In this document: one piece after another, positions 36,851 through 45,464 of the stretch | Layout of the letters: each line of letters begins with the position of its first letter | Position numbering within the stretch: position 1 is the stretch's first letter | Source: Pseudomonadota bacterium | Lineage (GTDB): Bacteria; Pseudomonadota; Gammaproteobacteria; Acidiferrobacterales; UBA6901 | Length of the DNA stretch: 64,000 nucleotides | Assembly (NCBI GenBank): GCA_027364845.1 | Contig: DAHXOO010000008.1 | Location: 121-64,120, forward strand | Direction of reading: 5' to 3' | Program-made: the position numbers and the translations under genes | The notes under the pieces: model-generated | Databases searched by the model: none | Told to the model about the DNA's origin: nothing | Seen by the model: the letters and a program-made list of their open reading frames with translations, nothing else

Positions 36851-38587
36851 CTAAGCGTGGACCGGGAACGACATGGCAAACCGGGCGCCACCCTTTTCCG
36901 GCTCAAGTACCAGCAGCCTTCCGCCATTCACCTCGACGAGCGTGTTGGCGAGCGACAAGCCGAGACCGGTACCTCGTTCCTTGGTAGTGAAGAACGGCTC
37001 AAACAGGCGTGGCATGACCTCTGCAGGAATGCCTGGGCCGCTGTCTTCCACGGAAAGTATCACTTGTCCATCCTTTACGGCTGTCACGAGACTTAGCTCT
37101 CCGCCGGTATCCCCCATCGCTTGCAGCGCATTGGTAAGGATATTTGCCCATGCCTGCTGCAACAAGCCGGCATCTCCCATAATGCGCGCCGACCGGTGTC
37201 CAATCCGCTCATGCACCTCCACGTTACTTGTTCCGGCGAGCGTGGCGGCGAGCGCGTGCTTCAGCGGCGCCACTGGGTCTATTCGCAACGACTCCGGATG
37301 TCGGTGGCGGGAGAGCTGCAGGAAATCTTGAACAAGGTTGCCCACCCGTACACTTTCCTCCCGGATCATGCGCAACAGCTCGGCTTTTTTTTGCGAAGAC
37401 AGATCGGATTTCTCCAAAAGCGCTGAGGCGCTGTTTATAACGCCAATCGGATTGCGGATCTCATGCGCGAGCGACGCTGACAGTTCACCGAGGGCGGCAA
37501 GTTTGTCGCGGTGAAACCGTTGCTGCTGCTCGTCACGCGCCTCACGTAGACTCACTGCCATTGCGTTGAATGCCTTCGCCAGATCCCCGACCTCATCGTC
37601 GGAAGTCACGGGCACCGTCGCATTGAAATTCTGGGCAGCCAGCTGCATGACGCCGTCGCGCAGGTGCTCCACAGGCCGCACCACAAGTCTGCTCAGCAGG
37701 TACCCGGTTAAAGCGCCAAATATCACACCGAGAAGCGAAATCCCTGAAAAAAGAAGCAGGCGGTTGGTAACTACCTCTTCGAACCCCGCGCGCTTGAGAC
37801 CACTGAAGATGATCGCCTCAACTTGGCCATCATTATCGACAATCGGTGTGTATTGGCCGCGAAAATCAGCATCTTCGGCCTTCACGCTGTAGTAGGGTTT
37901 GCGGTCAATCTGCAGCCGCCGCATCACGTCCCCGGGCAGGCGTCTGAGCGAGATCAGACTGCCCGGCTTTGAAAACATGTCCAGGTAATTTGGGCCATCG
38001 CGGTAATACAGCCGTGTTTTAAGGCCGGTCAGATGCGATAACTCATTGATAAAATCCTGACCAAGCAGGCTGCCCATGACCAAGTAGTACCTTGGAGGTC
38101 CATGCCGCGGCACACGCGTAATGCCCACGGCAGCAAGCTGGCTGTGTCCGTCGCGCGTAACCTTGAGCACAGCCTCGGTTTGCACCCTGTCCCACATGGT
38201 GCGCATGTCCACCGGCCTCGACGAATACAACAGCGTCTGGTCGCTGTTGTAGACCTGAATGAAACTTATGCCCAGTTCCCGGGCCATGTGGGCAATGGCC
38301 GGGTGCACGGGGTTCGGGTCCCCGTTTTTCAGCCGAGCAACGAATGCTGGGTCGTCCGCCAGCACGTGGCCAAACATAACCGCATCGTTCTGGTAAGCTC
38401 GCAGCCAAGTCCGGTCGACATGCGCTGCGTCCACGATGTAGTGCTTCAACCTTTCCTCAAAACCGGAGGATACCCACTCGGAAGCCAGCATGGCCGCCCC
38501 CAGCATGGGAACGACCATGATTGCCAGGATCAACAGCAACACCTTGCGCTGGAGGCGATTGAGTCGGAGAAATTCCGGGCGCATCAA
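36851..38587 (-). CDS. sensor histidine kinase with large periplasmic sensing domain, HAMP, HisKA and HATPase
   Basis: Two TM segments flank a periplasmic domain of about 260 aa. Has HAMP (VGDLAKAFNAM), H-box SLAHEIRNPIG, and ATP-lid motifs (EDSGPGIP, GTGLGLS). Confidence 0.88.
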   Translation of the reverse strand: MMRPEFLRLNRLQRKVLLLILAIMVVPMLGAAMLASEWVSSGFEERLKHYIVDAAHVDRTWLRAYQNDAVMFGHVLADDPAFVARLKNGDPNPVHPAIAHMARELGISFIQVYNSDQTLLYSSRPVDMRTMWDRVQTEAVLKVTRDGHSQLAAVGITRVPRHGPPRYYLVMGSLLGQDFINELSHLTGLKTRLYYRDGPNYLDMFSKPGSLISLRRLPGDVMRRLQIDRKPYYSVKAEDADFRGQYTPIVDNDGQVEAIIFSGLKRAGFEEVVTNRLLLFSGISLLGVIFGALTGYLLSRLVVRPVEHLRDGVMQLAAQNFNATVPVTSDDEVGDLAKAFNAMAVSLREARDEQQQRFHRDKLAALGELSASLAHEIRNPIGVINSASALLEKSDLSSQKKAELLRMIREESVRVGNLVQDFLQLSRHRHPESLRIDPVAPLKHALAATLAGTSNVEVHERIGHRSARIMGDAGLLQQAWANILTNALQAMGDTGGELSLVTAVKDGQVILSVEDSGPGIPAEVMPRLFEPFFTTKERGTGLGLSLANTLVEVNGGRLLVLEPEKGGARFAMSFPVHA

Positions 38588-38607
38588 GATTCCTGTTTTA
38601 GAGTAAT

Positions 38608-38622
38608 CTACAAAATTTGTAG
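38608..38622. promoter_or_regulatory. palindrome, candidate enhancer (UAS) for the adjacent sigma-54 activator
   Basis: CTACAAA-A-TTTGTAG is a perfect 7-bp inverted repeat. An extra TTTGTAG half-site lies at 38624-38630 and a TTGTAG at 38693-38698. About 100 bp upstream of the -24 element. Confidence 0.35.
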
Positions 38623-38644
38623 GTTTGTAGGAGTGAGTCGACGC

Positions 38645-38658
38645 GTCAATGGATTGAC
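38645..38658. promoter_or_regulatory. second palindrome in the divergent intergenic region
   Basis: GTCAAT-GG-ATTGAC is a perfect inverted repeat, about 60 bp upstream of the -24 element. Confidence 0.3.
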
Positions 38659-38711
38659 TTTGTCATTATAAGCATTTGATTCGAGAAAAGAAATTGTAGT
38701 CATTTTTGAAT

Positions 38712-38727
38712 TGGCACATGAATTGCT
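38712..38727 (+). promoter_or_regulatory. sigma-54 (-24/-12) promoter
   Basis: TGGCACATGAATTGCT matches TGGCAC-N5-TTGC exactly with correct spacing. Lies 87 nt upstream of ATG 38814, next to a sigma-54 activator gene. Confidence 0.8.
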
Positions 38728-38813
38728 TTTGTCAGATCCGCTAAGGACGGTCAAGGATTCACCTTACCCATCCGACGTTGAAGCAGGAATGACAACTGAT
38801 TGAGGATAGATAC

Positions 38814-39038
38814 ATGAAAAAGACTTTAATGAGCATTATCGCTCTCGCACTGGTAGCCGTGTTTGGCAATGGCGCCGTCGCTGTTGCCGCGGGCACACCA
38901 CCGGCCGGACACAAGATTGAGCACAGAGTGGAGCACAAAAGAGTAGTGCACAAGAGAATTGTTCGCAGGCGCATCGTGCACAGAAAGATGACAAAGAAAA
39001 TCGTGCATAAGAAAGAACTTGCCCACAAAAAGGGTTAA
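38814..39038 (+). CDS. small secreted His/Lys/Arg-rich peptide (74-aa precursor, about 48-aa mature)
   Basis: Sec signal MKKTLMSIIALALVAVFGNGAVAVAA, then GTPPAGHKIEHRVEHKRVVHKRIVRRRIVHRKMTKKIVHKKELAHKKG: 7 His at i/i+4-5 spacing and 17 Lys/Arg. An AGGAT-type SD (GAGGATAG) lies upstream. Confidence 0.65.
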   Translation: MKKTLMSIIALALVAVFGNGAVAVAAGTPPAGHKIEHRVEHKRVVHKRIVRRRIVHRKMTKKIVHKKELAHKKG

Positions 39039-39115
39039 TTCTCATTAGTATCAAAGAGGAAGGCCGGAGGAAGTGTTAAGTCAGGCTTTTCTCAAGCTTC
39101 ACAGTCAGATCGAGT

Positions 39116-39137
39116 AGGGTGGCGGGGTCCCGCCACC
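39116..39137 (+). terminator. stable GC hairpin downstream of the small peptide gene (possible terminator, weak U-tract)
   Basis: GGGTGGCGG-GGTC-CCGCCACCC (9-bp stem) followed by ACTCTTACC. Confidence 0.3.
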
Positions 39138-39383
39138 CACTCTTACCACGGTATGCACAGTATCGCGACCGGCGGTTCAAGCAGAACCCGGAAGCCGCTG
39201 ATCGGTTTCCACGGCAACGCCAGTCCCTTCGGACAAATTTCGGTGCGGCGAATTTCAAGTATTCTTCTCACCGGATAGGCAGAGGTCTTTACTCCTTTTT
39301 TGCGTGCCAAATGCGCTCCGTCAGGCTAACCACAGCAAGCCCCATTACCGAAATCCTTCCTTATTGTATTCCTATAATCGCAT

Positions 39384-39818
39384 CTAAATACGCTGTTGGA
39401 CCCAGGACTGCAAACTGCGCGGATCCAGAGCGCCCGACACCCTATCGGCCTCGTGACCACTCTTGAACAGAACCAGCGTGGGAATTCCGCGGATGCCGAA
39501 CTCGCTCGCTAGACCCCGCTCGACATCCGTGTCAACTTTGCCAAAGCGGACACGCATATCGAATTGCGCTGCAGCGGCAGCGAAAACTGGCGCCATTATC
39601 TTGCACGGTCCGCACCAAGGCGCCCAAAAATCCACCAGCAACGGAATATCGCTGTGTTCCATGTGGCGACGAAAATTCGCCGCGGTCAATTCCACCGGCT
39701 TGCCTTCAAACAACGGTTTATGGCAAGTGCCGCATTTCGGATGGTCGTGAAGGCGGTCTTCCGGAACCCGGTTGATTCCCTGGCAATGCGGACAAACGAC
39801 AAGCTTGGACGTAGACAC
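39384..39818 (-). CDS. trxC: thioredoxin 2 (N-terminal zinc-finger thioredoxin)
   Basis: N-terminal CPHC...CGTC zinc-finger cysteines followed by DFWAPWCGPCK and GIRGIPTLVLF. Colinear with E. coli TrxC. Confidence 0.9.
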   Translation of the reverse strand: MSTSKLVVCPHCQGINRVPEDRLHDHPKCGTCHKPLFEGKPVELTAANFRRHMEHSDIPLLVDFWAPWCGPCKIMAPVFAAAAAQFDMRVRFGKVDTDVERGLASEFGIRGIPTLVLFKSGHEADRVSGALDPRSLQSWVQQRI

Positions 39819-40140
39819 GTGAATTCACCCTCCAGTACTCAAGGCTTGCCCTGAAAATGGGGATGATCGTGCGCTATTTCCAGCCCGACTCTCTGGAGGT
39901 TCAGTCTGCTGCGCCAGACCGGCTAGTGGAACACCGTTCGTGGCAAGCTGCCGCGAAGGACAACCAGAAGAAATGATCCGAAAGTAGCAATGCGGGATAC
40001 GTCAGGTCGCGGCACGCGGCCAACTCCGGGAAAATGGCAGCAATGACTGGTGCCAGCCATGGAAGCCTGCAACGTGCCTTGACCCCTTTGTTCGGCGCCG
40101 CGGTTAACCTTCTACCTGGGACCCTGACGGCCTGCCGGGC

Positions 40141-40815
40141 CTATTTGCGGCGAGCAGTAGGCCTGCGCGCATGCTTCATCGACTGACGCGCGGCTTTTTT
40201 CTTATTGGCTTTAGTGGCTTTAGTAGGCTTAGCAGCCTTCTTGGTAGCCCTGGTGACCTTCTTCTTGACCGGCTTCTTGGCTGCGGCAACTGCCGTCTTC
40301 TTCGCAGTACCGGCAGGCGGTTTCTTGGCGCTCAGGCCGGTTCCGGACGCGCGTTTGGAACTCTTCGTATCTGCCAAGCGGATTGACTTTACCCGTTCAG
40401 ACACAGAGTTCAGGTAGATGTGGTGGGTGTTCATGTGTTCAACGGCGGACCGTGCCCTGTCAGGCCCGGTTTCGCCCGGGCCGAGCTGGCGGTAGGCCAT
40501 CTCGATCATGCTGTCCTCATACGCGCAGAAACGTGCGACCTCAGGTCCGACAATGGTGCACAACTGATGCATCTGCTCGCCCGCCCTGAGGTTGATCTCA
40601 TGCAACCTCTTGGCGCGTTCGGGTCCTATCCAGCTCACTAGCGTCCAGTGGTTGCCTGCGGCACCAGGGTTTTCGAGATAGCGTTGCCAGACTTCGCTCG
40701 CCTCATCGCAGGTGACCGCAAGTGTGTCGAGGCAGCTTAGAACGAGCTCCCGATCTTTGGAGCGCGCTCGTCCCCACCCTTCAATAAGAACTACTGCTTC
40801 CTCAAGACTTCTCAT
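40141..40815 (-). CDS. hypothetical protein with C-terminal histone-H1-like Lys/Ala/Pro-rich tail
   Basis: An unrecognised N-terminal domain of about 160 aa, then the tail KKPPAGTAKKTAVAAAKKPVKKKVTRATKKAAKPTKATKANKKKAARQ... GGAGG lies 5 nt upstream of ATG 40815. Confidence 0.6.
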   Translation of the reverse strand: MRSLEEAVVLIEGWGRARSKDRELVLSCLDTLAVTCDEASEVWQRYLENPGAAGNHWTLVSWIGPERAKRLHEINLRAGEQMHQLCTIVGPEVARFCAYEDSMIEMAYRQLGPGETGPDRARSAVEHMNTHHIYLNSVSERVKSIRLADTKSSKRASGTGLSAKKPPAGTAKKTAVAAAKKPVKKKVTRATKKAAKPTKATKANKKKAARQSMKHARRPTARRK

Positions 40816-40988
40816 GCCAACCTCCCTCATGCAAACGGCCATAATTGGCGCTCGATTTATTCATCATACGGACGGCGCCATCTCGTAGCAATATGGCTTG
40901 GCTCATTCCGACGCTATGCAAAACTCCGGCGGAATTGTTACCATCAAAAATTACGGCGCATCGTGATGTTCCGGAGTCAGAACGACGC

Positions 40989-42089
40989 ATGACCGAAATC
41001 GAGATCGCGCCATGGTCAGAGTTAATCCAAACTCTGCAGCCTATCGCATCACTAAGCATCCTACGCGTCGAAGAGCTGAGGCCATTGTTCCGCATTGAAC
41101 GCATTCCTGCGGGCATGACCTTGTTCCAAGAGGGGAGGATAGATCATCAGGCCATCTACCTGCTGCGCGGTGAAATGGTCCTGAGCAGCGCGAGAGATGA
41201 GGAAAACTGCTTGCTGGTGGCACCGGACACAACCGGCACACCAGCAATGGCGATCTGTCCGATTGTGGACAAGCAGCCACGCCAACTATCCGCCATGGCG
41301 GTGACTGATCTTGAGATCCTGCGAATCGACAGCGAACTTCTTGATATCGTCGTCACATGGGACACCCTCGCCGGCTGTTTCGCCGCTCCGGGACCGAATT
41401 GCCGCGGCGGGATCCCTGGTGGCGCGACGGACTGGATGAGCATGGTCCGGCAATGTCTGGTTTTTAGGCATATTCCCCCTTCCAACTTCGATTCTTTGGG
41501 CATGCAGCTGGAAATGGTCACGGTGCGAGCGGGACAGGTCGTGGCACGCGAGGGCGAGCATGCCGACGATTACTATCTCGTCGAGAGCGGTACGGCCGTC
41601 ATGACACGCGAAACTGACGGAAATGGCCCGGCCGATAGCACAACGCTAGGCCCCGGTGCAGGATTCGGTGAGGAAAGCCTGCAAGGCGAGGACCGATGGC
41701 ATTCCAGCGTTACGATGGAAACACGTGGCACACTGTTGCGGCTTACGCGTCAGCGTTTCCTCGCCCTCAGACACGAACCGCCACTTAGCTGGTTAACGCC
41801 GTCCCAGGCAATGTCGATGGCGGAATCCCGCGACGTCATCTGGCTCGATGTTCGTGGGCTGGAAGAGGCGCCGGATTCGCTGTTGCCCGGCGCCTATCGC
41901 CTGCCCCTGGGTACGCTATGCCAGGCGGCCAATGATCTTGAACCGGATAACACATACATTTGCTACTGCAATACCGGTCGACGCAGCTCCGCAGCGGCAC
42001 ATCTTCTTGGTCAACGCGGCCTACGCGCGCATGTACTCGCAGGAGGACTGCGGGCCGCGCCCGCTGGATTTGGGGGCAGCGCGCCGTAG
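40989..42089 (+). CDS. tandem cyclic-nucleotide-binding-domain protein with C-terminal rhodanese domain
   Basis: Two cNMP-like domains (the second has GPGAGFGEESL and TLLRLTRQRF), then a rhodanese domain with the active-site loop CYCNTGRRS. The start codon is uncertain (ORF opens at 40845). Confidence 0.7.
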   Translation: MTEIEIAPWSELIQTLQPIASLSILRVEELRPLFRIERIPAGMTLFQEGRIDHQAIYLLRGEMVLSSARDEENCLLVAPDTTGTPAMAICPIVDKQPRQLSAMAVTDLEILRIDSELLDIVVTWDTLAGCFAAPGPNCRGGIPGGATDWMSMVRQCLVFRHIPPSNFDSLGMQLEMVTVRAGQVVAREGEHADDYYLVESGTAVMTRETDGNGPADSTTLGPGAGFGEESLQGEDRWHSSVTMETRGTLLRLTRQRFLALRHEPPLSWLTPSQAMSMAESRDVIWLDVRGLEEAPDSLLPGAYRLPLGTLCQAANDLEPDNTYICYCNTGRRSSAAAHLLGQRGLRAHVLAGGLRAAPAGFGGSAP

Positions 42090-42277
42090 TAGACTCCCCG
42101 TATGGGACCTTTTCAACGCGAGATGTTCCGGCCGCATGATGCGCTCTGGAATCGATGTGGACATTCCGACCATCGGTCCAAGTGCACCGGAGATTGCTGA
42201 CACGCTGCGGTACGGCGCGTTTTCACGGCCATCCCGGTGCCACCGGGAAATCGTAAACTGGATCGTGGTCGAAGAGC

Positions 42278-42532
42278 ATGACTGACTTGAATAATGCCGA
42301 CACCGACTATAGCCCGATTTCCTGCGCAAGCTACGACGTATTCGAGATCGCCATCCTTCATCGCGCGTGTCTACACCTGACGTGGGTCGAGGACAATGTC
42401 CTGCATGACCAAATCGTGACGCCGCTCGACATCGAAACGGCAAACCACCAGGAGTTTCTGATTGTGCAGATGTCCACGGGACAAACACTGCGCCTGCGAC
42501 TTGACCGGATCCGAAAAGCTCGCCCCGCGTGA
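42278..42532 (+). CDS. rof: Rof-family Rho-binding antiterminator
   Basis: YSPISCASYDVFEIAILHRACLHLTW and TLRLRLDRI are colinear with E. coli Rof (YQPINCDDYDNLELAC..., RELRLDKI). 84 aa. Confidence 0.75.
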   Translation: MTDLNNADTDYSPISCASYDVFEIAILHRACLHLTWVEDNVLHDQIVTPLDIETANHQEFLIVQMSTGQTLRLRLDRIRKARPA

Positions 42533-42809
42533 ATTGTCGTCTTCGCCCGGGATAACAACGGAACAACCGCCGGGACTGCAGGGTATTGCAAAGTACATTC
42601 CACCATGGTTCGCTCCGCCCAGCGGATCATGAAGATCGCGGCAGGCACTGGCTGGCTTGCCAACTTGGGGGCGGGTCGCACCCCAGAGGGGTCGCACGAC
42701 CGGCGCAGCCTATTAGGACCGCACTTGGCACCTGTCGGTCAATGGGAATATAGTGCCGGTTAATTGAACAGTTGATGCTCAGTGTAACGCTATACGGGAG
42801 GAAAAATCC

Positions 42810-43334
42810 GTGATCCGAGATCGCATGCATGTTCGCGAATCTGCTCTTTTGGCGCTATTCTGTACAGCCGCGCTTTCCGGCTGCGCAAGCTTGACCAAAC
42901 CGGTCAGCTCTATCACGATCAACTCCGATCCGCCGGGTGCCCAGGTCTTCGTTTCTGGCAGGAACATTGGAACCACCCCACTTCCAGTGGTACTCGACAA
43001 GGAGTTTCCAAGACATTGGACAGAGCGCATCAGTAGCGATGTCGGTCCGGGCTTTGCGTTTTACCGCCGACTTGCAACCGTCACGATCAAGAAGTCCGGC
43101 TGCAAGCCCTATACCAATCAGTTCACCGGGAAAACTTTGAGGCACGATATAACGGTCACGCTCACGTGCGGACCGCAATACATTCTGGCAGCACCCGCCG
43201 CGCCCGCCACGGCGGCGCCCGAAGGCGCAACGATCGAACAACGCCTACAGGAACTTCAAGAACTCAAGAAAAAGGGACTGATTTCCGATCAGGAGTACCA
43301 CACGCAGCAGCAACGGATATTGAACCAGCTCTAG
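42810..43334 (+). CDS. lipoprotein with PEGA domain and C-terminal SHOCT domain
   Basis: Lipobox ALSGC, PEGA motif INSDPPGAQVFVSGRNIGTTPL, and a C-terminal SHOCT-like helix LQELKKKGLISDQEYHTQQQRIL. GTG start with GGGAGG 8 nt upstream. Confidence 0.7.
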   Translation: MIRDRMHVRESALLALFCTAALSGCASLTKPVSSITINSDPPGAQVFVSGRNIGTTPLPVVLDKEFPRHWTERISSDVGPGFAFYRRLATVTIKKSGCKPYTNQFTGKTLRHDITVTLTCGPQYILAAPAAPATAAPEGATIEQRLQELQELKKKGLISDQEYHTQQQRILNQL

Positions 43335-44031
43335 GTTATCTGCTGCAAACTCGACCCGGAGCCTGGGCAGCCGCCAAAGGGGCCAGACACCGCCAATTGG
43401 AGCACGCGCAATGGCAAGACGCGCTTCCTCCAGGACCGGTGGTGGTACTCGCAGAAAACCTTCATTTGCTTCCGGCACGCGGCCCAGCGCTGAACCTTGG
43501 CTATGGCCTTGCAACCAATGTCATGCTGTTCACGCATCACGGACTCGAACGTACGCCTGAGACAACAGCAAGCGGCGATCACCTTGGGGCGCCTGCTCGC
43601 TGCGCTGCAGTTGCAGGTCTGCCGCGAGGAGCCCGTGCCTGGTGACGTTACGTGCAGGCTGCACAATCAGGCGATGCTGGTGGCGCAATCGCCGGACAGT
43701 GTGGACACCCTGACATCGAAGGCAGGGCACCGTGCATAGCTAGGCAACGCCGACAAGCCTGGTCGGCTGGCCCAACCGCCAATCCCGAAGAAGTGCACCG
43801 CGCCCAGGAACCCCTTATAATGCCGGCCTGTCCGGGGCAGTTAGAACACCGGGCGCGCTGGAACAATGCGCAGCAGGTCTTCGGATGGTAAGCGCCCGAA
43901 TGGCCGGGAATCATTCGTTCCCAAAAATGGGGATTTGGAACAACAGCGGCCAAGCAGGTTACAATTCGCAACTTCGCGCCTGCGCAGCGCCGATCCGGGC
44001 TCCTTCAAACCGAAACCACAGCAGAACTCTA

Positions 44032-45153
44032 ATGAAAGTCGGCATACCAATTGAAGTTATGGAGGGCGAAACGCGCGTCGCCGCCACTCCGGAGATGGTG
44101 AAGAAACTGTGTGCCCTCGGCCTCTCGGTGCTGGTACAGAAGAATGCCGGGATTGCCTCGCATTTTACTGATGACGCCTACCACCGTGCTGGTGCTGAGG
44201 TCGTCGACAATGCACAGGCTTTGGGCGCAGATATCGTGTTCAAGGTACGAAAACCCAACAGCGACGAAATTGGACGCATGAAGAATGGTGCGGTGCTGTT
44301 AAGCATGATGGACCTATGTCACAGCGACAGCACCCTGGACCAGCTGGCCGCCACTGGCGTCGACTCCTTCGCCCTGGAACTGATCCCGCGCATCTCTCGC
44401 GCCCAGGCCATGGACGTGCTGTCGTCGCAGTCCAACATTGCCGGCTACCGTGCGGTACTTGAGGCCGCACGTCTCTATGGTCGGTTCTTTCCGATGATGA
44501 TGACTTCGGCCGGATCCGCAAAGCCAACGCGTGTGGTGGTGCTGGGCGCGGGCGTTGCCGGACTGCAGGCGATCGCCACCGCACGCCGGCTAGGCGCGCA
44601 GGTCGCGGCCTACGATGTGCGCCCCGAGGTCAAAGAGCAGATTATGTCCCTGGGCGCCAAGTTCATCGAGTTCGACCTGGGAGAATCCGGGGCAGGTACC
44701 GGCGGATATGCCCGGCAGCTGTCTGCTGAGGCACAGAGCAAGCAGCAGCAGCTGCTCACCGATGAGTTGAAGAAAGCGGACGTAATCATCTCCACCGCCC
44801 TTATTCCATGCAAACCGGCTCCGGTGTTGGTCACTGAACAGGCGGTCGAAGGAATGAACCAAGGGTCGGTGATCATCGATATGGCAGCCGCCACTGGCGG
44901 CAACTGCCCGCTCACCGAAGCGAACAAGACGGTCATCAAGCACGGAGTCATTCTATGCGGCATCACAAACTTTCCGGCACTCATGCCGGGTGACGCCAGC
45001 GCATTCTATTCGCGCAACATATTCAACTTCATATCGCTCCTGATCGTCACGACCGATGGTCAGTTGCAGATGAAAGACTATTTGGAAGACGAGATTACCG
45101 CGAGTTCGCTGGTCACTTACAAGGGAACAGTGCGCTTCAAAGATAAGAAATAG
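44032..45153 (+). CDS. pntAA: NAD(P) transhydrogenase subunit alpha part 1
   Basis: [21 protein letters not shown]..., the Rossmann motif [13 protein letters not shown], and alanine-dehydrogenase/PNT domains. Confidence 0.92.
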   Translation: MKVGIPIEVMEGETRVAATPEMVKKLCALGLSVLVQKNAGIASHFTDDAYHRAGAEVVDNAQALGADIVFKVRKPNSDEIGRMKNGAVLLSMMDLCHSDSTLDQLAATGVDSFALELIPRISRAQAMDVLSSQSNIAGYRAVLEAARLYGRFFPMMMTSAGSAKPTRVVVLGAGVAGLQAIATARRLGAQVAAYDVRPEVKEQIMSLGAKFIEFDLGESGAGTGGYARQLSAEAQSKQQQLLTDELKKADVIISTALIPCKPAPVLVTEQAVEGMNQGSVIIDMAAATGGNCPLTEANKTVIKHGVILCGITNFPALMPGDASAFYSRNIFNFISLLIVTTDGQLQMKDYLEDEITASSLVTYKGTVRFKDKK

Positions 45154-45167
45154 GAAAGGGGAAATTT

Positions 45168-45452
45168 ATGTCAGCAACCATGATCGCGCTGTATGTTTTC
45201 GTACTCGCCTGCTTCATTGGCTACTGGGTCATCTGGGGGGTGACGCCATCCCTGCACACTCCCCTGCTCTCGCTGACCAACGCAATTTCCGGAATCATCA
45301 TCGTCGGCGCCATTCTGGTTGCCGGATTCGGTCAGGGCGGCGGGCCCGCGGGAATCATCGGGTTCATAGCAGTCACCCTCGCATCCATCAACATCTTTGG
45401 CGGCTTCGTTGTTACGCAGCGTATGCTTGCCATGTTCAAGAAAAAGAAATAA
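45168..45452 (+). CDS. pntAB: NAD(P) transhydrogenase subunit alpha part 2 (membrane)
   Basis: 94-aa polytopic membrane protein with [18 protein letters not shown], lying between pntAA and pntB. Confidence 0.9.
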   Translation: MSATMIALYVFVLACFIGYWVIWGVTPSLHTPLLSLTNAISGIIIVGAILVAGFGQGGGPAGIIGFIAVTLASINIFGGFVVTQRMLAMFKKKK

Positions 45453-45464
45453 GGGGCTGCAGGC

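Noticed and set aside
37384-37392. T8/A8 homopolymer inside the sensor kinase gene (encodes QKKA).
   Set aside because: The reading frame is intact and the run simply encodes Lys-Lys. There is no evidence of phase variation from a single sequence.
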